A stretch of DNA of 64,000 bases from Tubiluchus corallicola (lineage: Eukaryota; Animalia; Priapulida), in NCBI GenBank assembly GCA_030141605.1, contig JAQGDQ010000979.1:1-64000 (forward strand). Reading direction: 5' to 3'. The notes below the pieces were generated by a model. The model was not told the DNA's origin. It saw only the letters and a program-made list of their open reading frames with translations, and did no database searches. Numbering within the stretch: position 1 is the stretch's first letter; each line of letters opens with the position of its first letter. A program made the translations under genes and the position numbers. Below are positions 1 through 13,923 of this stretch, in pieces.

Positions 1-1100
1 ATTTAGTAACAATACTGAAATTACAACTGTATGTCCAGAAGCAGAATAATTTATTATGTGATTACAAGTAGGACTATTTCTTCTTTCTAGTTCTGGACGT
101 AACACACGAGTGTTCGCGTATTCCTGTTTTGAAATGCCTGGATGTGTTACTATCATAAGCAGCGTTGGAGCTGCCACCAATTTATAAACAAACTTCATGC
201 TACTTAACTCTCATAAACAATCAACATTCATACTACCACCGTACTGGTTATTACTTAGTATTGTACTTCTGTACTGCTAGGCTAACTTATCCTAATTTAG
301 TTCCAGTAAATCCATTACGTTTCCTCTAGTTTCTTACGGGTTTATGTCAACAAGTCTAGTCCTATAAATTTGATCGGTCCCGGGATATTGGGGATTAGTG
401 GGAAACGAAGCAATTTGCGAGTATTTGTGTTAGAGAGAGAGAGAGATATGTGCGTGCCGTGGAGGACCATTCACTGGGTTAGTGGTCCCACTGATGGTCG
501 AACTCGTGTTACTCACGTAATTGGATCAATACAAAGTCGAAAATTTTCAAGTTGTTGAGCGCATTTGCAACTCTTGGTTCTAGGGTCGCATTATGTTTGT
601 CCGGTAACGACCCGCGACTGGTGAAAAATATCCCTGCAAGGACCTTTCTGTGGAGATGTGGAGTCATTCTTGTGTTGAAGTGGAGGCGTGAGGATCCAGT
701 GATGAGGTGGAGGCGTGAATTCTTTAACCCTGCATGTCAACAGTTTTATATTAAGAACTGCCTTCCAAAATTAGCTATATATTCAGTAGGTGACTCTCAA
801 AAGTTGCACTTGCTGCCCTCAGTGACCGAAAAAAACTGAAAATTGAAATTTTTTTATATGAAGACCCTTAAGGGGGGATTATACTTTAATGTTATGCCTT
901 TATTTACATAGTATTTTATAAATCAAACCATTCATATTGTGTTATTTTGTAACCAAACTGACATTATACTTGAATCATTCTTTGGTAATTAATGGTGATT
1001 TTTGTAAAAGATTTTGCTGTATAAAAAGACGTCAAGAGAGAAAGACAAGAAGGAGAGGGGATTGGGCATGATGGGAGTGGGGAGAGAGAGAGAGAGGGTA

Positions 1101-1101
<1 letters not shown>

Positions 1102-1148
<47 letters not shown>

Positions 1149-1283
1149 TATAGAGAGAGAGTGAGAATAGAGAGAAAATCTAAGAGTAAAATCTTTTAAG
1201 TTATATAGATATATATGTTGTTAGAAGTTAGAGTTAAGAAAAGAGAAAACAAAAGAGAAAAAAGGGATTATAGACAGATGTCT

Positions 1284-1370
<87 letters not shown>
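1102..1370. repeat. (AT)n microsatellites (1102-1144, 1286-1370) with GA-rich spacer
   Basis: Direct dinucleotide runs. Confidence 0.95.
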
Positions 1371-1374
<4 letters not shown>

Positions 1375-1392
1375 TATACAAGACATACGGAC

Positions 1393-1920
1393 AGACAACG
1401 AATGCTAGAATGACAATTATATATTTAAACGTTTTGACCGCGGCCCGTTTATTGCCTCGTGAAAACATCTGTCTCTTTCATTTGACTCTTGGCAAATTGA
1501 ACCAAGTTATTCTTGCATCACCTAATCTAACTTATTTTGCCACCTGATTATAGTAACACGATGATAAGAATGTAATAAAGTGTAACATGTTATAACAAGA
1601 GCAAATTACTCCTGAGAAAATGAACATGGCTGAAAAATTGAGACGCTTATTTTCTTTTTCGTTTCTCTTCTTCGCTTTTATTAATTTTTCCCCTTCTCCC
1701 CAAGGACGAAACGGCTAGTTTTTCCTGCTTCAGATTATTTTAGCCGGCGCTTTTATTACCAATATCACGAAATGCGGATAATAATATCGGTGATAACGTG
1801 AAGAGGGGAGTAATATGAGAAACGAAATTAGCTTTAGATTGATGCTGTTTTCACGAGGCAATAAACGAGCCGCCGTCAAAACGTGTAAATATATAATTCT
1901 CATTCGAGCATTCGTTATCT
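1393..1920. mobile_element. Putative MITE or foldback element with ~75-bp imperfect inverted arms
   Basis: 1393-1467 (acgaatgctagaatg...tttattgcctcgtgaaaaca) is the reverse complement of 1846-1920 (tgttttcacgaggcaataaa...cattcgagcattcgt); microsatellites lie outside both arms. Confidence 0.55.
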
Positions 1921-1949
1921 CTCTTTTTCTCTTGCCTTTTTCTTTTGCT

Positions 1950-2390
<441 letters not shown>

Positions 2391-3216
2391 TTTCTGCTTC
2401 TGTTTGCCCCACTATCTTCTCTTTTTCTCTGCTGTCACCGTTGCTATGGTAACATCGGTGCTACCACCTAATCCTAATCATCTTTACTAACTCTGACTGC
2501 TAAGCTCATGTCAACTCAACGTAATCCGTCCCATCCTTTAACTTTTAACCAACAAGCCCCCATTGTTCGGCTCATGTTTGTCCAGTGTCTAATTAAACTT
2601 TTTTGCCTGGCTTTACTGCCAGTTGCGCATTTTCATGATTTTGTCGGCTTCTTTGTCGTGGTTCTCTTCATCAAGGAGGTCTTTGTTGTTGAAGGTTTCC
2701 CATGTTGTTGCTAAAAGGAGGCGCTCGTTTATCTAAAAGATAATGAACGTGTTTGAAGGCCTAAAGGAGTCTCTTTAGGCAGTTAGAACTTTTTGAAAAG
2801 TGGTTTTTTGCTGGTACGTAGTTTTTCATGCACACTGCAAGCAGCCTGCTACATTTTTCACTGTTTAGCAAGCAAATAGGCGTAACTTCTTCATGTCAAT
2901 GACACGATCCTCTGTATGTTCTCCCATTACTATTAATACAAAACATTCTCCTGCATAATACTATAATAATTTGCTGTAGCCCTTGTTAAAAGGTAAAAAC
3001 AAATATTTGAGTTTGCTAAAAAATTCGGTGTGTGTTCTGGTTTGGTCTTTTTGTCTCACTTAATGAGATCATTCTCTGTTTTCTTGTAGTTTTTAAATTA
3101 CAATTATTAGCTTTTATTATGAATGTGTGAATACTATTAGGCATAATAATTATTATTCTTTAATATTGTTCAGTATTTTGGAGCTGAGAAACTTAAAAAA
3201 CAGCGGTAACATATGA

Positions 3217-3410
3217 ATGTAAGTCAAAATGAATTGAAAGAGCAGCATTATTTTACTATTGCAAATAGAACTTATATTCTAGAAGCTTGTATTCTAGGCA
3301 CCATATTCGGTTTCATTTTGGGACAAGTTATTTATGCGCTAAAATCCTTGCAGTTCACCACTTCGAGTATTTTGCATTTCACATCCCGGAATGGGGAGTA
3401 CTTACTAGAG

Positions 3411-3448
<38 letters not shown>

Positions 3449-3450
3449 GC

Positions 3451-3481
<31 letters not shown>

Positions 3482-4130
3482 GGTGGTGGTGGTGGCGGTG
3501 GCGGCGGTGGTGGCGGTGGCGGTGTTGATGGTGGTGGTGGAGGTGGTGGTGGTGGCGGCGGTGGCGGTGGTGGTGTTGATGGTGGTGGTGGAGGTGGTGG
3601 TGGTGTCAGCTTCACATCTTGCTTATCTAATTCCACACCTCTCCACAACTTTCACGGAAATCAATTATGTACTTTTTCATTACAAGCAAACAAACAAGCT
3701 GCGATAAAAACATTATCACTGCTATAAATCTCCACTATTCTGCTTTTTAAAGTATACAAGAAAAAACAAGTACAACAACAACACGAAAAACAACAACAGC
3801 AACAACAATCAAAACAACGACAATGACTATGGCAAGGAGAAGGATAACCCCAACAACAACAACAACAACATCCACAACAACAAACAACAACCAAAGTTAC
3901 AACAACAACAACTCTAGTCAGTACTCCCCATTCTGGGATGTGAAAGGCAAAATGCTCGAATTGGTGAAGTGCAAGGATTTTAGCGCATAAACAACTTGTA
4001 CCAAAATGAAACCGAATATGGTGCCTAGAATACAAGCTTCTAGAATATAAGTTCTATGCAATACAGTCTAGTAAAAATAATGCTGCTCTTTCAATTCGTT
4101 TGCAACATCCATGCATTTTCACATACATTC
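3217..4130. repeat. Long inverted repeat, ~200-bp arms, each running inward into a (GTT)n/(AAC)n tract
   Basis: 3230-3410 (gaattgaaagagcagcatt...ggggagtacttactagag) is the reverse complement of 3912-4097; the ORFs 3287+ and 4035- share the start MYSRHHIRFHFGTS for this reason. Confidence 0.85.
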
Positions 4131-4643
4131 CAATACACATAGGATCTTTATCATACTAAAACCTGCTAAAGAAATCGGCATAATAAGACTACCACCAAAA
4201 ACTGGATCTCGTTATCAAACAGCAAAATCAAAATTTATGAATAGAATAACCAGATTTTGAAATGTTACCCAGTTTTGTGGTAACACCATAATTGAAACAG
4301 AAGCAAATTCCCGCAGGTATGCGTGCATTCATTCCATGAGAATCAGTAGCCAATCATGCAATTATCCTGCCTACCTACCCCATCTAATCACCTGGAAATC
4401 AAATGTAAATTTAGCGAAAAGTTTATGATCACGAAGAGCTTGTTATTTTCAATTGTGAACGACTCAATAAAATACGATAAGTGGGTCAGAAAGAAAGAGG
4501 TAGCCAAGCAAATTAGCGTATGTCATTATATCATGTAATTTGGCAGAACGCTTTTGTGTGGTAGTCCTGCATATATATATATTTACAATCAAATAGCAGT
4601 TTTGAAATAGTAAGTTAGTAAATGAACTATTTCAGTAAACTTA

Positions 4644-5323
4644 AGCACAAGAAAACCCCCCACTTACATGAAGCTTAAAAAATTCATCACGAAATTTTAT
4701 ACCACTTACATACTGCCTTTTTGTATGCATGGCTTGCATCGGCAGTAACCCTGTATAAAACGTGTAAATTTAAACTTCATGCGATGACCGTTAGCGCAGC
4801 CATTTTAATGGTAGGTCTTTTGAAATAGGTTTAGATAACATTAAGTAAAGTTTGAAAAAATAATCAGAGCATTCGTAGCATACATGTTGCTAATTAAGTA
4901 AAATTTTAAATCACTGTATCTTGTTAATAAGATTAAAAATACGTTTTTGGCTAGTGAGTGGCGCACCCTGGAGGGTGAGTCAGCGACATTTTACCAATTG
5001 ACACAAACTTTTTAAGTTATTAGTCTAGTTACATAAGTCTTTCCAGTAAGTAAGTGAAATGCTAAGTAATATAAATTTGCACGGAAAGTTTTTTGGGTCA
5101 TAATTTAGCATTTCCTTTTTTTCCCCTGATTTACGTGTTGTAGTGACGTCACGTAATGGTGCCGTTCGAACAGTATTGCGGGAGATTTAAAATGAAAACA
5201 AACAAAAATTCCTTTCAATGCGAATATGATATGTGTATATATGTGCATAAAATTGCTGAAAAGTAATATAATCTTTAAGGTGATTTTTCTGAAACCTACT
5301 TCAGGTGCCCCTTCTCTTGTCCT
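4644..5323 (-). mobile_element. Non-autonomous TTAA-flanked DNA transposon, Kolobok-like family C, copy 1
   Basis: TIRs agcacaagaaaa / ttctcttgtcct followed by TTAA (5324-5327); reverse-complement homologous along its length to 18399-19042. Confidence 0.75.
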
Positions 5324-5327
5324 TTAA

Positions 5328-5882
5328 AGGAAAACTGGACCCATTCTTGAACTACAGTTCAAAACAGCGAATCCTGTAAAATATTGAAAGGAAACGTACT
5401 ATTTTTTCAAGAATGACTTACGTATAAGAATTATTACCACACAGACGCCACTAGTTCTTCGCAGTTACATGCATCTAGTTACATGAGCGTTGACACCCAC
5501 ATCTCTGAAACGCGCTTACAAAAAACAGGTGAGGTACCGCTTAGTTCAGAATTGTTTAGTTGTGACGTAGTGCACACGCCGAGAGCGCATGCATGAGCGC
5601 AATTTTAAACTTAAAATTTGCAGAGTTTTTGTAACTCACACTGAATATTGTACAGTAGCACTCAACTTTTCGCTTATGCAAACACGTGCAACACGCTAAT
5701 GGTATATTGTACTGTCGAAAATTATGTTCATTTGTGATATCATCACTAATTGAGCTTGCCGTCAGTTAATTAAGTTGACAACCTATTATTTATTATCAGA
5801 AATGCTTTGGCATTATTGTTCATGTAAACTTTTTACCGTAGTTCATAGTGAAGTATGATATGAAAAATTGTCCCCTTTTCCT
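5328..5882 (+). mobile_element. Non-autonomous Kolobok-like family B element
   Basis: TTAA-aggaaaa ... ttttcct-TTAA; homologous to the reverse complement of 34140-34603. Confidence 0.65.
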
Positions 5883-6206
5883 TTAATTTTGGAACGGCCT
5901 ATCTAGTGTTCACTATCTAATTAGTAACTATAACATTTTGAACATCTTTACATTTATTCAAGACATTATGTACTTTGGGTTGCTTTGGGTTACTTGAACT
6001 TCACAAATATTAGCAAAAAAAAACACTGAATTGTTTCAAAATCGATAAAAGCTAAAAGAGTGAAGGCAGCAGAAAATCTTCAAGCGGTTAATCAAAGAGC
6101 GGTGCGTCTTTCTTTTCCACTTTTCTCCAATTAACTCTAGTGCAGATTTTCAAAGTAACTTTGTATCGCCGAGCAATTAGGAGCAACCGGAAACGTGTGT
6201 TCAAGT

Positions 6207-6422
6207 ACAGATGTCGTGACAGGGCGGAGAGTATGTGATAGTATGACAGGGTTGAGTGCACATTGATGTCATGACAGGGCTGAGGGTACGTACAATGATG
6301 TCATGATAGGGCTGAGGGTATGTACAATGATGTCGTGATAGGGCTGAGGGTATGTACAATGATGTCGTGATAGGGCTGAGGGTATGTGATAATATGACAG
6401 GATTGAGTGTACATTGATGTCA
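6207..6422. repeat. 32-bp minisatellite (tgatgtcgtgatagggctgagggtatgtacaa)
   Basis: About 6-7 degenerate tandem units; abuts the truncated SINE end. Confidence 0.8.
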
Positions 6423-6885
6423 TGAGCAGTCCGATCCTTGAAGGCACTGGAATGGCCTCTCCAGGGCGCACGCCTGGGCAAGGTGTATGGAGATCCTGGG
6501 TTGCTCAGACAACAGGAACCCTCTCTCTTCCTCCCCGGTTTAGTTCAGTCCAAAGGAAAGCGGAGCGATACGTTTGGCACCAGGTTGGCTGCAGGAGCTG
6601 CTGGAGTCAGTGAGCATGCTGCACTGGTCCGCCTTCGGGGCTCCACTCCTGATTTGGACGGTTTACTCCTCTCCACATGGCGGTTGGGTCACTTGACCTC
6701 CTCTGCCCTCTAACCGTTGGCTGCTTGCGCAGCTCCTTCGCCTAGTGTTGAGATACAGTGTGGGTATCCTGGTATAGCACTTAGTATTCCTAGGCGGTCA
6801 CCCATCCAAGTACTAACCAGGCTCTATGTTGCTTAACTTCGGTGATCAGACGAGAACTGGTGTTTTCAACGTGATATGACCGTAG
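6423..6885 (-). mobile_element. 5S rRNA-headed SINE (SINE3) with RTE-like body, 3'-truncated copy
   Basis: Reverse complement of 6775-6885 is a 5S head; body 6423-6770 matches 36160-36482; ends in codons SRIGLL. Confidence 0.85.
6775..6885 (-). pseudogene. 5S rRNA-derived sequence (SINE head)
   Basis: Reverse complement reads ctacggtcatatcacgttgaaaacacc...gaagttaagcaac...ttagtacttggatgggtgaccgcc (box A/IE/box C region); no oligo-T terminator. Confidence 0.85.
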
Positions 6886-7455
6886 TAGGTTGACTGTACA
6901 GTTATTAATAATGTGTCGACATTACAAGCGGGATTCTCGTGAATTAACGTCGTAAAACCAGTTAATTATTAACCATTCCTCCTCCCCCCCGCTGTGGGCA
7001 ATAACAGTATAAATGGCAACCGATGACAGTCGTTCAACGTATGACATTTAATACCATATCGCGTGTCTAATATGCAGGTATATTGCCGCCTTGTTGCCCT
7101 GATCACGTGACGCTGATCACGTGACCCGTGCGTGGTTTCTGGGAAGCTGGTATAATACTCGTCCATCGCTTTTATGACGTGGTGTTGTTTTTAGAATTTT
7201 CGTTCGCGGAGTCCCTTGTTAGCCATTACAGCGTCCTGCGTTGAAAGATACTTTTAGATAATAATCAACAAATTTCATGATACCAATCTTAACATGCCAT
7301 CAACGTCATAGTAATTTGTAGTTTGCTGCTTTTAGCATTATCTTATTTATTTGTTTATGTATTTATTTCGTAATCTTCAGAGTACAATACACGAGCGACA
7401 AGACAGTTAAAAAGTGAAATGAATTAATAAAGGGCTACTACCACAGTGCAAACAG

Positions 7456-8452
7456 TTAGGATTGGGATAAGGATTAGGGTTAGGGCTTAGAGTTGGGTTA
7501 GGGTTAAGACTAGGATTAGGATAAGGGTTAGGGTTAGGGCTTAGAGTTGGGTTAGGGTTAAGACTAGGATTAGGATAAGGGTTAGGGTTAGGGCTTAGAG
7601 TTGGGTTAGGGTTAAGACTAGGGTTAGGATAAGGGTTAGGGTTAGGGCTTAGAGTTGGGTTAGAGTTAAGACTAGGGTTAGGATAAGGGTTAGGGTTAGG
7701 GCTTAGAGTTGGGTTAGGGTTAAGACTAGGGTTAGGATAAGGGTTAGGGTTAGGGCTTAGAGTTGGGTTAGGGTTAAGACTAGGGTTAGGATAAGGGTTA
7801 GGGTTAAGACTAGGGTTAGGATAAGGGTTAGGGTTAGGGCTTAGAGTTGGGTTAGGGTTAAGACTAGGGTTAGGATAAGGGTTAGGGTTAGGGCTTAGAG
7901 TTGGGCTTGGGTTAAGGCTAGGGTTGGGATAAGGGTTAGGGTTAGGGCTTAGAGTTGGGTTAGGGTTAAGACTAGGGTTAGGGTTAAGACTAGGGTTAGG
8001 GCTTAGAGTTGGGTTAGGGTTAGGGTTAAGACTAGGGTTAGGATAAGGGTTAGGGTTAGGGCTTAGAGTTGGGTTAGAGTTAAGACTAGGGTTAGGATAA
8101 GGGTTAGGGTTAGGGCTTAGAGTTGGGTTAGGGTTGAGACTAGGGTTAGGGTTAAGACTAGGGTTAGGGCTTAGAGTTGGGTTAGGGTTAGGGTTAAGAC
8201 TAGGGTTAGGGTTAAGACTATGGTTAGGGTTAAGACTATGGTTAGGATTAGGGCTAGGATTAAAATAAGGATTAAGGTTGAGATTGGTGTTTAGAGTTAG
8301 GCTTAGGGTTAGGGTTAAGATTAGGGTTAGGATTAGGATTAGGGTTGGGGTTAAGAATAGGGTTAGGATTAGGGTTAGGATTAGGGTTAGGATTAGAATA
8401 AGGATTAAGGTTAGGATTAGGATTAGAGTTAAGACTAGGGTTAGGATTAGGG
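7456..8452 (+). repeat. Interstitial telomere-like (TTAGGG)n-derived array with 54-bp higher-order unit
   Basis: TTAGGG and variants; marker gcttagagttggg recurs at 54-bp spacing (7485, 7539, 7593...). Confidence 0.9.
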
Positions 8453-9002
8453 TATTTATATTGTGTGGGGAATTGCAAACTCCGTCCTTTTTCGGGCCTT
8501 TAAAAACACATTTGCAAGAGACTGCGGGGGAATTGCTGTTGCCTTAATTCCTTGTTTAAGATCTGTCGTTTCGTAATTTCTCAAACTTTTTTAAATTTCT
8601 GATTTAAAAACTAAGAAACAAAATACGCATAAAATTGTTTTTTGAATGAGTTTGTGTGAGAGCGGGAAAAGACAAAGGCGTTATGATATCTCTAGCTTGT
8701 TTGACGATTTCCAAACTGAAGCTTGTTAAGCAGAGTTTGAAAAACAGTGAAACTCTCGCGGCGAGAAAGGGAAGATATCGAACTGTAACCTAATTAGAGC
8801 CCAAGTTTCACAAAATGATTACACAGACGCTGTGTAAGTTTTTATAGCTGAGCAAGTGTAATTTCTGCAAGATGAGTGAATAATGCTAAATGCGTTGCTT
8901 CTGAAGTGTGATAGAAATAGTGTGAAAGTTGACCTGGGTGTGTGTATATATATAAATATATATATATATAAGTATATATATAAATTTATATGTATAGTAA
9001 TA

Positions 9003-9548
9003 TTAATATAGAGAGATTTTAAAGTAGCAAGAAAGGAATATCTTCGTTAAAACTAATGTTTCGGTTAGCACAACGACCTCTGGTTCTTTACCTGGTGGGC
9101 CCTCGACCTCTGGTCGTTTACCCGGTGGACCCTCGACCTCTAGTCCTTTACTTGGTGCACTCTCGACCTCTGTTTTTTTACCTGGTGGACCCTCGACCTC
9201 TGGTCGTTTACCTGGTGGACCCTCGATCTCTACTCCTTTACCTGGTGGACCCTGGACCTCTGGTCGTTTACCTGGTGGACCCTCGATCTCTACTCCTTTA
9301 CCTGGTGGACCCTCGACCTCTGGTCGTTTACCTGGTGGACCCTCGACCTCTAGTCCTTTACTTGGTTCACTCTCGAGCTCTGTTTCTTTACCTGGTGGAC
9401 CCTCGACCTCTGATCGTTTACCTGGTGGAACCTCGATCTCTACTCCTTTACCTGGTTGACCCTCGGCCGCTGGTCCTTCTTCTGGTGGACCCTCGACCTC
9501 TAGTCCTTTACCTACCTCTGGTTCTTTTACTGGTACATTGTCGTACAC
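9003..9548 (-). CDS. Possible exon or relic ORF encoding (GPPGKxxEVE)n low-complexity peptide
   Basis: 181-codon open frame with no indels across ~15 variable units; no ATG start and no recognisable domain. Confidence 0.2.
   Translation of the reverse strand: MYDNVPVKEPEVGKGLEVEGPPEEGPAAEGQPGKGVEIEVPPGKRSEVEGPPGKETELESEPSKGLEVEGPPGKRPEVEGPPGKGVEIEGPPGKRPEVQGPPGKGVEIEGPPGKRPEVEGPPGKKTEVESAPSKGLEVEGPPGKRPEVEGPPGKEPEVVVLTETLVLTKIFLSCYFKISLY
9070..9515. repeat. 30-bp minisatellite (cctggtggaccctcgacctctggtcgttta), ~15 units
   Basis: Direct tandem units; minus strand reads GPPGKRPEVE repeats. Confidence 0.9.
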
Positions 9549-9932
9549 TTGGAAAAATCATATCATTTATATCAATTCCCTGCTCCTACAGTAAAAGTTT
9601 TCTGCTGTTTAACCTTTACTGTGGATATATTCTTTTCTAAGTTAATCAAGTTTTTAGTGTGGAATAATTTTGAACAAGGTCGTGTGTAAACTATCCATAA
9701 CTGTTCGCAAAATTTCCCGAAACCCTGAAGCCAAGTTTCGCAATACATTCTGAGCTCTACAAATTGGCTTTGCTAGAAATAGAAGATGTTTAGTCGATTG
9801 AGGCCGAGGGGAATATTCCGAAAATGTACCTAATTGTGCGTTGTTTTGACCTTAACATTCATAATGTCAAGAGATTTGAAGTTACTGAGGGTAGATAGCT
9901 TGCTGCGATTCCGCTAGCCATGTAAAACTGCT

Positions 9933-10792
<860 letters not shown>

Positions 10793-11801
10793 TATAAAAG
10801 TACATTCAATAGAACTTTGTGCACAACGTTATTAATACCTAGCACTACTCGTACATTAGTGATAACCAACACGCTTGAACGGTGGCTAATTTGGCACTCG
10901 TCAAGAGTCAAACAACACGGAATGTTCTGAGGACGAATCCCGACTGGGCTGGAAGTCAATTTAATGAGATGTGAATGGTCAATTCTTTGTCAGATGATTG
11001 CGGTGTGAACGGTGCTTAATAAGTCCTGTTTACCTTCGTGCCCCTTGCAAATATAGAAACTGGTGCTGAATTAAGTTCTTTATTCATCAGTGATCACGTG
11101 ATGTAGAATAAATACTCATATCACTGATTAACGGAACGTGGTACGTTTGGATGAAATTCAACCAGCATTAGGCTTTCTGTTGTGAGTGATAAACAAGAAG
11201 CCAGGAACAAGCACATGATTGAAATGCCTAGTTGCCTAAAAACAGTGCGATGCCGCGCTTGGCCGATTTCAAATGTACTCTCAAAGATATGTGTTGCCAA
11301 CAACTGCCCTGGAAACTAAGTAAGCACCCATATAAGATATCTCTTTTGGAAGACACTTTAAACTGACACGTTTACCAAAGTTAGGCATCATCAGGCTTGG
11401 TTTGCAAAAAGTTTGAAAAGGTCTGAACAATCATCCGGTTTTCATTTATGCATGTGGATTTGCAACATCAGTAATACGGCACTACCATACCATTTGTTTG
11501 GTAATTTACTTCACACGGTGCTGCTATTCCTAGCCACATTACGTTGTATAAGATCAGAATTTCCTCTTCTCTTCCTGTGTGGATATTGACGGCGTTATTT
11601 GATGAGCTCTCATCACGTCCTGTTACTATAAAAGCGCCGTGTTAACTGCTTTTTTAATTAAACTTTGTCACGTCTTCCTGTCCGCTATTAATTATTCAAG
11701 ATCCAATCACTGAGCGAACATTACACAAACATCCTTGAGAAGCCCTATATTCCTTGCATCTATTGCCTAAGCGTGGTTGCGATTAGAGTGTTTTACATGA
11801 A

Positions 11802-12050
11802 TGTAGTGGTAGTGGTAGTGGTAGTGGTAGTGGTAGTGGTAGTGGTAGTGGCAGTGGTAGTAGTGGTGGTAGTGGTAGTGGTAGTAGTAGTAGTGGTAGT
11901 AACAGTAGTAGTAGTGGTGGGGGCAGTAAAGGTAGCGGTGGTAGTAGTAGTTGTAGTAGTGGTGGGGGCAGTAGTGGTAGGGGTAGTGGTAGTGGTAGTG
12001 GTAGTGGCAGTGGTAGTTGTTGTTGTGGTGGTGGCAGTAGTGATAGCGGT
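11802..12050. repeat. (GTAGTG)n/(GTA)n microsatellite
   Basis: Direct runs. Confidence 0.9.
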
Positions 12051-12371
12051 GGACCATCAACACCGGTCCCGATTTTTCATTACGTTTTTCCTATGTAAAA
12101 ATCTTCGGATATAAGGGACGATATCTTCAGGTCTCGCGTAATAGAAACACATGTAAATTACCTCGCATATAAGGGAGCCTATGGTCAAAGCAAAATTGAT
12201 TGATTTTTAACCTCAATTTTTCACAAACTCGGCCTTCGAACAGCTCGGTTTCTGCAGTCACATACATCTCGCATCACTAAAGGAGCTTTCTACATGCTGT
12301 TTGCACTAAATGTGTAGCAATAATCCATACAAATATGGGTAAAAGTACAGGTCTGGATACACCCTCGGTCT

Positions 12372-12460
12372 GACTCAACTTCGGCTATAATGGGACATCG
12401 GATATAATGGACGGTTTTTTCCTGTCCCGAGGTGCCCCGTATATCCGAGGTTGACTTTAT
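12372..12460. mobile_element. Tc1/mariner (pogo-like) MITE remnant
   Basis: Imperfect palindrome tcaacttcggctataatggg...ccgtatatccgaggttgact; resembles the CAGTCAACCTCG-type ends of pogo-like MITEs. Confidence 0.35.
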
Positions 12461-13207
12461 GAAGCAAATGTGCACAGGAGTTTTATGGCAGTGTAATGGA
12501 ATTTACATTTGTCTAAAAACCTCAATTTTTAAATAATTATGCGTTTTACCGGGTCAAATACGTAGTAATCATTTTCGCCATCTTTTTTGCTTTTGCTGTT
12601 GCTGTTATTGTTGTTGCAATTCACAATGTCACAAACGTTTCCTGGTTTTTGTGGGTTTGCTTGCGTTTCATTAATCCTAAGTGCTTGTGGTGTGCTACCG
12701 TGCAAGCACTGGCCTGAGCTCTGTGTATTTACTATTTATATAAACTGATGTCCCAATTTGACGTTGACATTTTAACATCCTTACAAAAAGAAGAACAACG
12801 ATTATTACGTCAACAATGTAAGACTGCATTCTTGCGTAGGGTTCATTGTTTACTTTCATTGTTGCATCTGCCATCGTTCTGATTAATCTGTGATTTGCCA
12901 TGACAGCTTAATTGTGATTTAGTACGCGGTAAACAAGATTTTCGGTTTTTCAGATTTTGATTACAAGGGGGATTACATTTGACTTTAACAAACAACAAAT
13001 CATTTAATCCTTTTCAACACTATTTAAGTTGCTTGTGTGTTTTAACGAACTGTCTAGTTTAGAGTTAGCAGCTGACAAACACATAAAAATGTACAAGTTT
13101 AAATGTCTCTGTACCTGGTAGACCATCTAGAGTCTAGACGTATCTAAAGCTCAGTTTTCCACTGATAAAATGTGAAAAAGGATTAAAACATTAGAAAACC
13201 TACTGAC

Positions 13208-13328
13208 ACAACAATACCAACAACAGCATCATCAACAACAACGACAACAATGCAGTAACTGCAACAACAACGACAACAATGGCAGCAACTGCAACGACAG
13301 GAATGACAACAATGGCAGCAACTACAGC

Positions 13329-13393
<65 letters not shown>

Positions 13394-13679
13394 CTACAAC
13401 AACAACAACAACAACAACAACAAGGGTGGCAACTGCAACAACAACAACAAAAACAAGGGTGGCAACTACAACTACAACAACGACAAAAATGGCAGCAACT
13501 GCAACTACAACAACGACAACAATGGCAGCAACTGCAACAACAACAACAATGGCAGCAACTGCAACAACAACAACAATGGCAGCAACTGCAACAACAACAA
13601 CAATGGCAGCAACTACAACAACAACAACAACAAGGGCGGCAACTGCAACTACAACAAGGACAACAATGGCAGCAACTGC

Positions 13680-13743
<64 letters not shown>

Positions 13744-13923
13744 GCAGCAACTGAAACAACAACAGTAACAACAATGGCAGCAATGCTATCAGCAGCAACA
13801 TTATCAATAGCAACAACAATCACAGCAACAACAGTAAAAACAACGACAACAATGACAGCAATAACAACAGCAACAACAACAGAATAATAACAGCAACAAC
13901 ACCGACAATGACAATGACAACAG
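13208..13923. repeat. (CAA)n-based compound repeat with atggcagcaactg motif
   Basis: Direct runs; right end shared with 19780-19872. Confidence 0.9.

Noticed and set aside
7100-7130. Tandem E-box palindromes gatcacgtgac (also 11092, 55814)
   Set aside because: Short motifs with no associated gene start; a regulatory role cannot be supported from sequence alone.
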